Positions 35,545 to 49,850 of a stretch of DNA of 64,000 nucleotides are shown here, in pieces. Numbering within the stretch: the first letter of the stretch is position 1; each line of letters opens with the position of its first letter. Source of the DNA: Sphyrna mokarran (lineage: Eukaryota); contig JAGIQG010000035.1 in the NCBI GenBank assembly GCA_024679065.1, positions 7,440,001-7,504,000 on the forward strand, written 5' to 3'. The notes beneath the pieces were generated by a model, which saw nothing but the letters and a program-made list of their open reading frames with translations, did no database searches and had not been told where the DNA came from. The translations under genes and the position numbers were made by a program.

Positions 35545-36163
35545 ATATTTAAATTATTGTTAAAATAAAGATTATTTTGATAAAAGCTTCCTAGAGTGTC
35601 AACAAAATTGCACCTTGATTAAAATGCTTAGTGTTTTTCACACTGATGCCAAAACATAAAAAATATTTGGGATCTAGTTTAACTTCAAAATATAACTTGG
35701 GGTGTCTGATCAAGTCCCTAATGGGTCAGATTTTGATACAGAACCAGGTAACAACAAGGTTAGTGGCATTATGAATATCAGGCTGACTGCAGCTTTGAAA
35801 TGCTAAAGTATAATACTGAAATGGAGACTCCTTTAAAGGGACATTACATAAAATTTCCTGTAACTTCCCCCAACATTCTATATATAGAGTACCACAAATT
35901 AACACTTTTTTCCATAAGAAACAGACTGAGCTTGCACAGAAGGTAGCAAGAATGCAGAAGTGGCCTGAAATAATTTTAGGATCTAATTTCACTCAGCTTC
36001 TCAGCTGCCAATTTCAGGATGTTACCACCACAGAGGGAGTGTACAGAAGTTCATCAGACTTATTCAGAGGATCTTCTGAAGAAAGATTGGGCTCAACTGG
36101 GCCTGACTTCCAAAGGATGAGAGGTGATCTTATTGAAACTTACATAACACTGAAAGGAATAGA

Positions 36164-36634
36164 ACAAAGAACAAAGAACAAAACAGCACGGGAAACAGGC
36201 CCTTCAGCCCAACAAGCCCACGCCGCCACCCCGACGTTCCCACCTCTACACGCAATCCCTGTCCACGTTTATAGATCTATGGATTAAAAACCAAATTTGA
36301 GACAATTTAGGGAGAATTTGTTTTGCCAATCAGCCTAAGAACACATCTTTGGAATGTGGGAGGAAACCGGAGCTCCCGGAGAAAACCCACGCAAGCACGG
36401 GGAGAATGCGCAAACTCCCACAGACACAGGCCCAAATCCATGTATCTGCACAGCACAGCGATAGCCACTGAGCTGTCGTGTTGCCCATCAAATGGTCCAG
36501 GTCAAGCGTACACTAACAACGTGAAGCACTAGAATACTCTCGAAAAAATCCAAGAGCAGCCCTCTCACGACCCATCGCGTGTATGCCCCTCGTTAGACAA
36601 CAAGGTGGACCAAAGCACCTGTAGGATAAAAACA
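36164..36634 (-). mobile_element. 5'-truncated copy of the SINE-containing CR1 3' UTR
   Basis: Near-identical to 57003-57460; TSD gaataga (36157-36163, 36635-36641). Confidence 0.85.
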
Positions 36635-37179
36635 GAATAGACAGGGTAGATCACAGAATCATTAGATCCTTACAGTGCAGAAAGTGGTCATTCAGCCCAC
36701 TGAGCCTACATTGACAACAATCCCATCCCATAATATTCCCATCCCATAATCCTCCAGAATTAAGGAGCAATTTAATATGGCCAATCCACCTAACCTGCAT
36801 ATCTTTGGACATTAAGGAACAATTTAGCGTGGCCAATCCACCTAACCTGCATATCTTTGGACATTAAGGAACAATTTAGCGTGGCCAATCCACCTAACCT
36901 GCACAACGTTAGAGTGTGGGAGATTTGAAAATTGGCTAGTTAACAGAAAACAATAAGCATAAATGAGTCATTTTCTGTTTGGCAAGATCTAACAATCCAC
37001 CTAACCTAAAGATCTTGGGACACTAAGGGACAATTTAGCATGGCCAATCCACCAATCCTGCCTCATAGTACCAGGGACTTGGATTCAATTCCGCCTTGGG
37101 TGACTGTGTGGAATTTGCATGTCCCCCCACACGTCTGCATGGGCTTCCTCCACATGCTCTGGATGGGCAGGTTAAGTAC

Positions 37180-37640
37180 ACAGGCGATGCTAAATTGCCC
37201 CTTAGTATCTAAAGATGTGCAGGTTGGTGATTGGCCATACTGAATTGCCCCTTAATGTCCAAAGATGTGCAGGTTAGGTGGATTGGCTATGCTAAGTTGC
37301 CCCTTAGTGTCTGAAGATGTGTGTATTAGGTGGCTTGGCCTGCAAAATTGCCCTTTAGTGTCCAAAGATGAGTAGGTCAGATGGATTGGCCATGCTAAAT
37401 TGCTCCTTAGTGTCCAAAGATGTGCAGGTTAAGTGGATTGGCCATACTGAACTGCTCCTTACAGTCCAAATATATCTAAACTTGGTGGATTGGCCATGCT
37501 AAATTGCCGCTTGGTGTTCAAAAGTGTGTGGGTTACATGGATTGGCCATGCTAAATTGGCCTTTAGTGTCCAAAGGACACTTTAGTGTGCAAAGATGTGC
37601 AGGTTAAGTGGATTGGGCATAGTAAATTGGTCTTTAGTGT
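37180..37640 (+). repeat. Tandem expansion of a ~52-bp SINE internal unit (about 8-9 copies)
   Basis: Repeated ggattggccatgctaaattgccccttagtgtccaaagatgtgcaggtta. Confidence 0.85.
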
Positions 37641-40336
37641 AGGGGGAATAGCAGGGTAAATATATGGGATCACAGGGATAGGACCTGGGATTGTAGTCCA
37701 TACAGGTTGGATGGGCCAAATGTCATCTTTCTGCACTGTAGGGATTCAGTGATTCTATAGTCTTCTCAGGTCCAGAGTTGACATTTCCCCATGTTGAACT
37801 CCATCCACAGTGTTTTGACTGCTCGTTTGTTTAAATGCATTGAACAGACTGCTTAGCACGGAGGAAGCAGAATTGAAAGGAAGTTTTTAATCTGGCCCGT
37901 GATGCCCGAACCAGTGATGCTGACCGATTTATCCGGCTCACTAGTTCTTTCTCCTTGGCTCATTCTTTTAAAATTCCCTTTTCAAATAGTTATCAAACAA
38001 ACGCCTTTATTAAAGGTACGGCTGAATCTGTTTCAAATACCCTTTCCGGCCTGGGTAACTGTCATTGTCTGCCTGGGCTTTCTCTGAGTGCTCTGGTTTC
38101 CTCTCTGGGATGTGCAGGTCAGGTGCATTGCCCATGCTGAATTACACCTTAGTGTCCAGTACACTCCAGATCTTAACCATTCATACCACATTAAAACAAA
38201 AGTCTCCTCCAATTTTCCTTGGAGATTATCTTAAATCTGCTTCCTCAGCAACTGACCCTCACTAGAAACAGTTTCTCCTCATTTATCCTAGCAAAGTCAT
38301 TTGTTAGTTTTTGTAATTATGTTAATGTGCTTTGCACAAATAAGAGACATGCTTTGCACATGTAGGGGGTGATCTTCCCCAGAAGGTGATCTTATCAGCT
38401 CACGGTGCCAGTCGATTGGCACACCGAACAGTAAGGTGGCATACTGATTGAAAAATTATCCATTTTCATGCACAATTACCGGCACTGTTTTGACAGCAGG
38501 ATTGGTTTTGTGTATTGATGACATGCGAGTGAGTCCAGCATGGTATCATCCAGCCTCACCAGCATTTACCACCGCGAGAGTCAGTCCTCAAACCAGTGAT
38601 AATCACTGCTGGTCTCCACAAGTGGAAACCAGACCTGATGGCCTCACTGGGAAGTTCAGAGGCCACCGAAGAACCCACTTCCCTCCCCGGGTGGTCAAAG
38701 ACATGGCTAGGCAGTGCAGTGCCAATCTAGCAAACTGGCACTGCCCACCAGGCACCATAACTATGCCAAGGGGCATGCCAAAAGGGTGGAGCCTGAGGAG
38801 GTGTGGGGCTATGACAGGGCAAGAGGGGAGCTCTGCAGTGGGAGAGGCAAAAGGGGGTTTCTTCAAAGGGAAAGAAAAGGGGGAGCTCTAAAACTGAGGT
38901 GGGGGGGGGAGATGTGTCGATGGGAGGAGGGGCTGGGAGATGGGAGGTTATGGAATTATGCCAGGGAGGATGATTGGCAGAAGTTAGAATGCAAGGGGCT
39001 ATATAAGAACAAAGAAAGGTACAGCATAAAAACAGACCCTTTGGGCCTCCAAGCCTGCAACGATCGTAATGCCTGTTCAAACTAAAACCATAAAGAACAA
39101 AGAAAAGATGCTATGCAAGGGATGGAGGAATCTGGCACAGGAAGTGATTGGCAGAGGGTATAGACTGCACAGGGGTCATGACAGGGACTCATTAAAAGGC
39201 GTCCAGTACCTGGATGTTGACAACCCATGTTGCCATAGTGGGGCAGAGAGGTTTACACTGCCGCTGATGATAGGGATGGAGATTTTTTTGCGGGAGGAGA
39301 GGGAACGATCTCCCATTTCAATGGGGGATCAGGTTGCCTGCTTAATGGAGACCCGAGCAACCTGCAGCCGGCTTCCCGGTGAGCTAACCCCTGCTGGTGA
39401 GAACTGCTGTCCTACTTTTCACTCATTCTGCTGCAAACAGATGACAGATTTGCCATCATCCCAGATGCCCAAGGGCTGTTCACCCTTTGAGAGGGAGAGT
39501 GGACTGACGGTAATTTAACCTCAGGCAAGAGGCAAGTTGAGATGATGCAGCTTTCACGAACAAACTCAGCCGCTACAGGAATTGAACCCACCATCTAGCC
39601 AACTGGGCTGAGGCAGCCCCCATGCACATGTGCACAGCTGACAGCAATAGGCAACTTTGTAAACCACATGTTCAGTATCATCTCAACAGTGTTGGTTAAC
39701 TACAAATGTTCAACGAACTTCCCTTTTCAACATAGTTCTCCAAATCTGCAACCAAATGCAAAGGAGTCTCAAACTAAAAGATCAGCAAAGGGATTTTTTT
39801 CACCACAATTTGCAAAAGTCATGATTTATTAAAATCTGTTTCCAGCAGTCCCTGCATGAGACACAGACAGAAACTATAAACTGAGAGACTAAGAGGGAGA
39901 AAAAGCTCTAGGCAAAATGCGACCTCTATCCAACCTCCTCAGTAAGTAATTAATACTGAACACCAATGTCTATTGATCAATGTGGAAAATGTTTTGAAAT
40001 ACAATATATAGTTCTGATGTAAACAGCTCCTCTGACACAGATAGGATGGCAGAGTGGTTAGCAGTGCTGTCTCGCAGCACCAAGGACCAGGTTCAATTCT
40101 GGCCTTGGGTGACTGTACGTGGAGTTTGTACATTATCACTGTATCTGGGTGGGGTCCTTTTCAGGCGCTCGGTTTGTTCCCACAGTCTAAAGCTGGCAAA
40201 CTGGTGCAGGAGGTAAAGTTTAATGGGATTAGAGGTCAGCTGGCAAGGTGGATACAAAACTGACTTGGTTAAAGAAGATAGACGGTAGCAGTGGAAGGGT
40301 GCATTTCTGAATGGCAAGCTGTAATAAGTGGTGTTC

Positions 40337-42592
40337 TCAGTAAAGTTTTACAACACCAATTTTAAATCCAACCAATTTATTTGATAGTAAATCTGCGAGC
40401 TTTCGACGCTATGCGCCTTCGTCAGGCAAATGCAGTGTTCTGATCTGCAGAGGCACTCACATCCACACAGACAGTTACAGATTGCTGATTAGAATGCGAA
40501 TCCTTACATCTAACCTGCTATTCAAGTGTTAAAGTGGCTAACAATGTGTGTGAAGGGAATCCTGAGCATTGGTTAGAGAATTGTGTATTTTCTCCAGACA
40601 GCACAGTAAGTGAGGATTTTTTGCTAACCCAGGCAAGTTACGGGGGTTACAGATAGTGTGTCATGAAGCCAAGATCCCTATTAAGACCGTCCTCATGTGT
40701 GCGGAACTTGGCTATCAGTCTCTGCTCAGAAACTCTGCACTGTCGTGTGTCACGAAGGCCCCCTTGAAGAACATTTACCCGCAGGTCGGAGGCCGAATGC
40801 CCATGACTGCTGAAGTGTTCGCCCACAGGAAGGGAACTGTTTTGCCTGGTGATTGTTGAGTGATGCTCATTCATCCGCTGTCGTAGTGTCTGCGTGGTCT
40901 CCCTAATGTACCATGCTTCGGGACATCCTTTCTTGCAACGTATTAGGTAGACAACGTTGGCCGAGTTGCAAGAGTATGTACTGTGTACCTGGTGAATGGT
41001 ATCCTCACGTTTGATGATGTCGTTCATGTTTATGATCTGGCATGTCTTGCAGAGGTTGCTGTGGCAGCGTTGTGTGGTATTGTGGTCACTGTTCTTCTGA
41101 AGGTTGGGTAGTTTGCTGCAAACAATGATCTGTTTAAGGTTGTGCGGTTGTCTGAAAGCAAGAAGTGGGGGGGGTGGGGATGGCCCTAGCGAGATGTTCA
41201 TCGTCATCAATGATATGTTGAAGACTCCAGAGAAGATGTCGTAGCTTCTCCGCTCCGGGGAAGTACTGGACAACAAAGGGTACTCTGTCCACCGTGTCCC
41301 GTGTTCATCTTCTGAGGAGGTCAGTGCGGTTTATCGTTGTGGCACGTCGGAACTGTCGATCGATGAGTCGAGCGCCATATCCTGTTCTCACGAGGGCATC
41401 CTTTAGTGTCTGGAGGTGTCTGTCATGATCCTCCTCATCTGAGCAAATTCTGTGTATACGGAGGGCTTGTCCATAGGGAATGGCTTCTTTAACGTGTCTA
41501 GGGTAGAAGCTGGAGAAGTGGAGCATTGTGAGGTTGTCTGTCGGTTTGCGGTACAGTGAGGTGCTGAGGTGACCGTCCTTGATGGAGATGCGTGTGTCCA
41601 AGAATGCAACTGATTCTGGAGAATAGTCCATGGTGAGTCTGATGGTGGGATGAACTTGTTGATATTATCATACAGTTGTTTCAATGATTGTTCACCATGA
41701 GTCCAAAGGAAAAAGATGTCATCAATGTATCTAGTATATAACCTTGGTTGAAGATCTCGTATGGTGAAGAAGTCTTGTTCGAACCTGTGCATGAAGATGT
41801 TGGCATACTGAGGTGCAAATTTGGTTCCCATGGCTGTTCCATGTGTCTGGATGAAAAGCTGATTGTTGAAGGTGAAGACATTGTGGTCCAAGATGAAGCG
41901 GATGAGTTGTAAAATTGCATCTGGAAACTGGCAGTTGTTGGCATTGAGGACTGAGGCAGTTGCAGCAATACCATCGTCGTGGGGGATGTTGGTGTAGAGC
42001 GCCGAGACATCCATTGTGACAAGGAGTGTCCCTGGTTCAACTGCTCCATGTGTGCTGAGTTTCTGTAGGAAGTCCGTAGTGTCAAGACAAAAGCTGGGGG
42101 TTCTTTGTACAATGGGTTTCAGGATGCCCTCGATATAGCTGGAGAGGTTCTCACACAGGGTCCCATTGCCCGATACGATGGGACGGCCGGGTATGTTTGC
42201 CTTGTGTATCTTTGAGAGGCAGTAGAGATCTCCAATGCGGGGAGTACGTGGAATGAGAGCCCGGAGGGTGTTCTGAAGGTCCGGATCAAAGGTTTTGATC
42301 AGAGTGTTGAGTTGACGATTGTGTTCTTTGGTCGGATCTGCTGGTAACTGTCTGTAGTGTTTCACATTGTTTAGTTGTCGGTACACTTCTTCACAGTAGT
42401 CCGTTCTGTTCAGTATGACGGTGGCGCCTCCTTTGTCTGCTGGTTTGATGACAATGTTGCGGTCGGTCTTAAGAGCACGGATGGCCTTGCTTTGTGCTTG
42501 GGTGATGTTCGGGACTGTCTTGTAAGTGCGGTTGATGAATCTGGTGTTCACGCACGTCCTGATGGCTTGGGCATACATGTCCAGTCGGGGGC
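40337..42592 (-). mobile_element. Penelope-like element, inverted 5'-truncated arm (RT + GIY-YIG, disrupted)
   Basis: PADKGG, DVSALYTNIP, GTAMGT, RYIDDIF, NVVYLIRC..WYIRET..LRQRMNEH; pLTR at 40337-40646. Confidence 0.95.
40391..40431 (-). ncRNA. Minimal type I hammerhead ribozyme in the inverted pLTR
   Basis: Reverse complement atttgc-CTGACGA-aggcgc ata gcgtc-GAAA-gctc-gcagat. Confidence 0.75.
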
Positions 42593-45420
42593 TCTCACAC
42601 TCCTCAATCACCTCATACACCAGCTCTATAGCAAACGCCGCACCCTGGAAAGTAAAATGGAATACATATTCTCAACTTGCACTCAGGACGCAGATCAGTT
42701 GCGAAACCTTGCCAAGCAGATGAGACAAAGAAACTACACCATTTAGATGCACACCAAGAACAGGAAACTTGAAAAACCCGGCATCGCCACCGGCAACAAC
42801 CAAGCCTCCCATGGCATCACAGTAGAAAACAACACTACCGCAAGGAGGTCCATTGTTAACCTGTCAGACTACACACTTCAATCAGAGGAAATCGAAGTTC
42901 TCAGCCGAGGGCTCAATTTCTGTCCCACCACCAAAATGGACCCCATCAGTCTCGCAGCGGACACACGAGGAATTCATCAGGCGAATGAGGCTGCGTGAGT
43001 TCTTCCACAAACCCCAAGAGGCCAATAGCAGATTCAATGAGATAGCTAATGAACCAGAACAGCCAACAGAGGGATCCGCAGTGCAGCAACCAAAGAGGAA
43101 TGAATCCAGTTGGACTCCTCCGGAAGGCCGCTGCCCCCGACTGGACATGTAAGCCCAAGCCATCAGGAGGTGCGTGAACACCATATTCATCAACCGCACT
43201 TACAAGACAGTCCCGAACATCACCCAAGCACAAAGCAAGGCCATCCGTGCTCTTAAGATCGACCGCAACATTGTCATCAAACCAGCAGACAAAGGAGGAG
43301 CCACCATCATACTGAAGAGAACGGACTACTGTGAAGAAGTGTACCGACAACTAAACAATGTGAAACACTACAGACAGTTACCAGCGGATCCGACCAAAGA
43401 ACACACTCGTCAACTCAACACTCTGATCAAAACCTTTGATCCGGACCTTCAGAACACCCTCCAGACTCTCATTCCACGTACTCCCCGCATTGGAGATCTC
43501 TACTGCCTCCCAAAGATACACAAGGCAAACATACCCGGCTGTCCCATCGTATCGGGCATGGGACCCTGTGTGAGAACCTCTCCGGCTATGTCGAGGGCAT
43601 CCTGAAACCCATTGTACAAAGAACCCCCAGCTTTTGTCTTGACACTACGGACTTCCTACAGAAACTCAGCACATGTGGAGCAGTAGAACCAGGGACATTC
43701 CTTGTCACAATGGATGTCTCGGCGCTCTACACCAACATCCCCCACGACGATGGTATTGCTGCAACTGCCTCAGTATTCAATACCAACAACTGTCAGTTTC
43801 CGGATGCAATTTTACAACTCATCTGCTTCATCTTGGACCACAATGTCTTCACCTTCAACAATCAGCTTTTCATCCAGACACGTGGAACAGCCATGGGGAC
43901 CAAATTTGCACCTCAGTATGCCAACATCTTCATGCACAGGTTCGCACAAGACTTCTTCACCACACGAGATCTTCAACCAAGGCTATATACTAGATACATT
44001 GATGACATCTTTTTCCTTTGGACTCATGGTGAACAATCATTGAAACAACTGTATGATGACATCAACAAGTTCCATCCCACCATCAGACTCACCATGGACT
44101 ATTCTCCAGAATCAGTTGCATTCTTGGACACACGCACCTCCATCAAGGACGGTCACCTCAGCACCTCACTGTACCGCAAACCGACAGACAACCTCACAAT
44201 GCTCCACTTCTCCAGCTTCCACCCTAGACACGTTTAAGAAGCCATTCCCTATGGACAAGCCCTCCGTATACACAGAATTTGCTCAGATGAGGAGGATCGT
44301 GACAGACACCTCCAGACACTGAAGGATGCCCTCGTGAGAACAGGATATGGCGCTCGACTCATCGATCGACAGTTCCGACATGCCACAACAATAAACCGCA
44401 CTGACCTCCTCAGAAGACGAACACGGGACACGGTGGACAGAGTACCTTTTGTTGTCCAGTACTTCCCCGGAACGGAGAAGCTACGACATCTTCTCCGGAG
44501 TCTTCAACATATCATTGATGACGATGAACATCTCGCTAGGGCAATCCCCACCCCCCCACTTCTTGCTTTCAGACAACCGCACAACCTCAAACAGATCATT
44601 GTTCGCAGCAAACTACCCAACCTTCAGGAGAACAGTGACCACAATACCACACAACCCTGCCACAGCAACCTCTGCAAGACATGCCAGATCATAAACATGG
44701 ACGACATCATCAAACGTGAGGATACCATTCACCAGGTGCACGGTACATACTCTTGCAACTCGGCCAACGTTGTCTATCTAATACATTGCAAGAAAGGATG
44801 TCCTGAAGTATGGTACATTGGGGAGACCATGCAGACACTACGACAGCGGATGAATGAGCATCACTCAACAATCACCAGGCAAAACAGTTCCCTTCCTGTG
44901 GGCGAACACTTCAGCAGTCATGGACATTCGGCCTCCGACCTGCGGGTAAATGTTCTTCAAGGGGGCCTTCGTGACACACGACAGCGCAGAGTTGCTGAGC
45001 AGAGACTGATAGCCACATTCCGCACACATGAGGATGGTCTTAACAGGGATCTTGGCTTCATGTCACACTATCTGTAACCCCCGTAACTTGCCTAGGTTAG
45101 CAAAAAAACCTCACTTACTGTGCTGTCTGGAGAAAATACACAATTCTCTAACAATGCTCAGGATTCCCTTCACACACATTGTTAGCCACTTTAACACTTG
45201 AATAGCAGGTTAGATGTAAGGATTCACATTCTAATCAGCAATCTGTAACTGTCTATGTGGATATGAGTGCCTCTGCAGATCAGAACACTGCATTTGCCTG
45301 ACGAAGGCGCATAGTGTCGAAAGCTCGCGGATTTACTATCAAATAAATTGGTTGGATTTAAAATTGGTGTTGTAAAACTTTACTGAGTTTACCCCAGTCC
45401 AACGCCGGCATCTCTACATC
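42593..45420 (+). mobile_element. Penelope-like element (RT + GIY-YIG endonuclease; stops and frameshift) with pLTR
   Basis: LSRGLNFCP, RYIDDIF, VVYLIHC..YIGET; the whole composite is flanked by 13-bp TSD ataagtggtgttc (40324-40336, 45421-45433). Confidence 0.95.
45292..45332 (+). ncRNA. Minimal type I hammerhead ribozyme in Penelope pLTR
   Basis: Stem I atttgc/gcggat, core CTGACGA, stem II ggcgc/gtgtc, GAAA, palindromic AGCT stem III, CUC cleavage triplet. Confidence 0.75.
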
Positions 45421-45639
45421 ATAAGTGGTGTTCCTCAGGGATCAATGATGGGACCTTTTCTGTTTCTAATATATATAAATGATTTGGAGGAAAATGTTAT
45501 TGGCTTGTTCAGTAAGTTTGTGGACGACACAAAGATTGGTGAATTTGCGGATAGTGATGAGAAATATCAGAGGATATAGCAGGATATAGATCAGTTACAG
45601 ACCTGGGCAGAGAGATTGCAAATGGAGCTTAATCAGGAC

Positions 45640-48600
45640 AAATTCCAATTCCAGCTCCTTGAAGACCATGTTAGGGATCTGGAGCTGGAACTGGATGAAC
45701 TCAGGATTATTTTGGAGGCAGAGACAGTTAGACAAAAGGAGATGGTTACTTTTAGAAATGATGATACTTGGATGACTGTTAGAAGGGGTAAGAAGCAATC
45801 AGTGCAGTGATTCCCTCTTGTGTTCCTTTATAATAACAAGTATACTTTTTTGGATACTGTTGGGGAGGTAGAAGGCACTTACCAGGGGTAAGCCATGGGG
45901 TACAGATCTCTGGCACAGAGTCTGTCCCTGTTGCTCAGAAGGGATGGGGGGGAGAAGAATACAATATTAGTCACTGGGGACTCCATAGTTAGGGCGACAG
46001 ATAAGAAATTCTTTGGGAATGAGAAGAAGCGCGGTGGGTATGTTGCCTCCCTGATGCCAGGGTCCATGATGTCTCGGATAATGTTTTTGGGATCCTTAAG
46101 GGAGTAGGGAACCAGCCGCAAGTCATGGTCCACATAGGCACCAAAGACATAGGTAGGAAAAGGGTTGGAGATGTAAGGCAGAAATTCAGGGAGTTAGAGT
46201 GGAAGCTTAGAGCTATAACAACAGAGTTATTATCTCAGGTTTGTTACCCTTACCACGTGCTAACGAGGAGAGGAATAGGGAGAGAGAGGACTTGAACACA
46301 TAGCTACAGGGATGGTATAGGAGGGAGATATTCAGATACCTAGATAATTGGGGCTCATTCTGGGGTACATGGGACCTCTATAAATGGGATGGTCTACACC
46401 TAACCAGAGGGATACCAATATCCTGGGGCGAATTTGTTAATGGTCTTCAGGAGGGTTTAAACTAATTCAGCAGGGGATGGGAACCTGAATTGTAGCTCCG
46501 GTGTACAGGAGGTTGAGAGTAGTGACATCGTGAATAAGGTTTCAAGGTCGCAGGAGTGTACTGGCAGGCAGGAAAGTGGTTTGAAGTGTATCTACTTCAA
46601 CGCCAGGAGCATCCGGAATAAAGTGGGTGCACTTGCAGCATGGGTTGATACCTGGGACTTCGATATTGTGGCCATTTTGGAGACAGGAATGCCTGTTGCA
46701 GGTTCCGGGGTTTAGATACTTCAGTAAAATCAAGGAAGATGCTAAAAGAGTGGGATGTGTGGCCATGTTAGTCAAGGACAATATTACGGTGGCAGAAAGG
46801 GTGTTTGATGAGGACTCATCTACTGAGGTAATATAGGCTGAGATTAGAAACAGGAAAGGAGAGGTCCCTGTTGGAAGTTTTCTATAGGCCTCTGAAAAGT
46901 TCCAGAGATGTCAAGGAAAGGATTATAAAGATGATTCTGGATAGGAGCAAAAGTAACAGGATAGTTGTTATGGGGGACTTTAACGTTACAAATATTGATT
47001 GGAAATGCTATAGTTCGAGTACTTTAGATGAGTCAGTTTTTGTCCATTGTGTGCAAGAGTGTTTCCTGACACAGTTTGTAAATAAGTCAACAAGAGGTGA
47101 GGCCACATTGGATTTGGTACTGAGTAACGAACCAGGTCAGGTGTTAGATTTGGAGGTAGATGATCTCTTCGGTGATAGTGACCACAATTCGGTCACATTT
47201 ATTTTAGCAATGGAAAGGCATAGATATATACCACAGGGCAAGAGTTATAGCTGGGGGAAAGGAAATTATAATGCAATTAAGCGAGATTTAGGATGCATAG
47301 GATGTGGAAGGAAACTGCAGGGGATGGTCACAATTGAAATGTGGAGCTTGTTCAAGGAACAGCTACTGCGGGTCCTTGATAAGGATGTACCTGTCAGACA
47401 GGGAGGAAGTGGTCAAGCAAAGGAATTCAACTAAAGAAGTTGAATCTCTTGTGAAGAGGAAGAAAGAGACTTATATTGCAGAGCTTATGTTGCAGAGCTG
47501 GGCCGAGAGGTGGCAAATGGAGTTTAATGTGGAAAAGTGTGAGGTAATGCACTATGGCAGAAATAATAAATGTGTAGATTATAGGGCAAATGGTAGGATT
47601 CTTAGTAGTCTAGATGAACAGAGGGATCTTGGTGTGTATGTGCATAGATCCCTGAAAGTAGGCAGTCAGGTCGAGAAGGTTGTTAGGAAGGCATATGGAG
47701 TCTTGGCTTTATTGGTAGAGGGATTGAATTTCGGAGCCGCAACGTCATGTTGCAACTGTACAAAACTCTAGTGCGGCCGCACTTGGAGTATTGTGTGCAG
47801 TTCTGGTCCCCACATTATAAGAAAGATGTGGAGGCATTGGCGAGGGTACAGAGGAGGTTTACCAGGATGTTGCCTGGTATGGAGGGCAGGTCTTATGAGG
47901 AGAGGCTGAGGGATTTGAGGTGTTTTCGTTAGAAAGGAGGCGGCTAAGAGGGGACCTGATCGAAACATATAAGATGATTAGAGGTTTAGATAGGGTGGAC
48001 AGTGATAGCCTTTTTCCTAGGATGGAGAAAGCTAGTACGAGGGGACACAGCTTAAATTAAGGGGTGATAGTTATAGGACGGATATCAGAGGTAGGTTCTT
48101 TACCCAAAGGGTGGTTCGGGAGTGGAATGCCCTGCCTGCAGCAGTTGTAGATGCGCCAAGTTTGGTGGCGTTTAAAAGGTTAGTTGATAAGTATATGGAA
48201 GAGAAGGGAATGGTTTAGTTTGGAGGGGCATTGCTTTTTATATTGGTCGGCGCAACATCGAAGGCCAAAGGGCCTGTTCTGTGCTGTAATGTTCTATGTT
48301 CTATGTTCTATGTTCTATATAAAAATGAGACGTGAAGGCTCAGTTAGGGCACTTGAGAGTTACAAGTTTGCCAGGAAGGACTTAAAGAGAGAGCTAAGAA
48401 GAGCCAGGAGGGGACATGAGAAGTCTTTGGCAGGTAGGATCAAGGGAAACCTTAAAGCTTTCTATAGGTATGTCAGGAATAAAAGAATGACTACGGTAAG
48501 ATTAGGGCCAGTCAAGAACAGTAGTGGGAAGAAATAGGAAGGCATTAAATGAATATTTTTTGTCAGTGTTCACACAAGAAAAAGACAATGTTCTTGAGGA

Positions 48601-49850
48601 GAACACTGAGATACAGGCTATTAAACTAGATGGGATTGAGGTTCATAAGAAGGAGGTGTTAGCAATTCTGGAAAGTGTGAAAATAGATAAGTCCCCTGGG
48701 TGGGATGGGATTTATCCTAGTATTCTCTGGGAAGCTAGGGAGGAGATTGCAGAGCCTTTGGCTTTGATCTTTATGTCACCATTGTCTACAGGAATAGTGC
48801 CAGACGACTGGAGTTTAGCAAATGTTGTCCCCTTGTTCAAAAAGGGGAGTAGAGACAACCTTGGTAATTATAGACCAGTGAGTCTTACTTCTGTTGTGGG
48901 CAAAATTTTGGAAGGGATGATAAGAGATAGGATTTATAATCATCTAGAAAGGAATAATTTGGTTAAGGATAGTCAACACAGTTTTGTGAAGATAGATCGT
49001 GTCTTATTGATTTCTTTGAGAAGGTGACCAAAGAGGTGGATGAGGGTAAACATTTGATGTGGTGTATATGGATTCCATAAAGCGTTTGATAAGATTCCCC
49101 ATGTAGCTATTGCAGAAAATATGGAGGCATGCGATTGAGGGTGATTTAGTAGTTTGGATCAGAAATTCGCTAGCTGTAAGAAGACAGAGAGTGGTGGTTG
49201 ATGGGAAATGTTCATCCTGGAGTTCAGTTACTTATGTTATACCATAAGGATCTGTTTTGGGGCCACTGCTGTTTGTCATTTTTATAAATGACCAGGATGA
49301 GGGCATAGAAAGATGGGTTAGTAAATTTGTGGATGACACTAATGTTGATGGAGTTGTGGACAGTGCAGAAGGATATTGCAGGTTACAGAGGAACATAGAT
49401 AAGCTGCAGAGCTGGCAAATGGAGTTTAATGCAAAAAAGTGTGAGGTGATTCACTTTGGAAAGGGATAACAGGAATACAGATTACTGTGCTAATGGTAAG
49501 TTACTTGGTAGTGTGGATGATAAGGTTGTTAAGAAGGGCTACAGTGTGTTAGCTTTAATTGGTAGAGGGTTTGAGTTTCGGAGCCATGAGGTCATGTTGC
49601 AGCTGTACAAAACTCTGGTGAATTATACACAGAATTGTGTACAATTCTGGTCACCGCATTATAAGAAATTTGTGGAAGCATTGGAATGGGTGCAGAGGAG
49701 ATTTACCAGGATGTTGCCTGGTATGGTAGGAAGGTCTTATAAGGATAGGCTGAGGGACTTGAAACTCTTTTCATCAGAGAAGAGAAAGTTAAGAAGTGAC
49801 TTAATAAAGGCATATAAGATGACCAGAGGATTAGATAGAATGGACAGTGA
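45640..49850 (+). mobile_element. Long decayed CR1 LINE (ORF1 remnant, APE, RT) with nested younger CR1 at ~47477-48315
   Basis: YFNARSIRNK, VMGDFN, SDHNSV, KSPGWDGIYP, NYRPVSLTSVVGK, KFVDDT. Confidence 0.92.

Noticed and set aside
34617-35722. Possible solo LTR hosting the U2 fragments and a (CT)n tract
   Set aside because: TG..CA termini and TSD could not be identified with confidence
37180-37640. CRISPR-like repeat array
   Set aside because: Units are contiguous degenerate SINE repeats with no unique spacers; eukaryotic context
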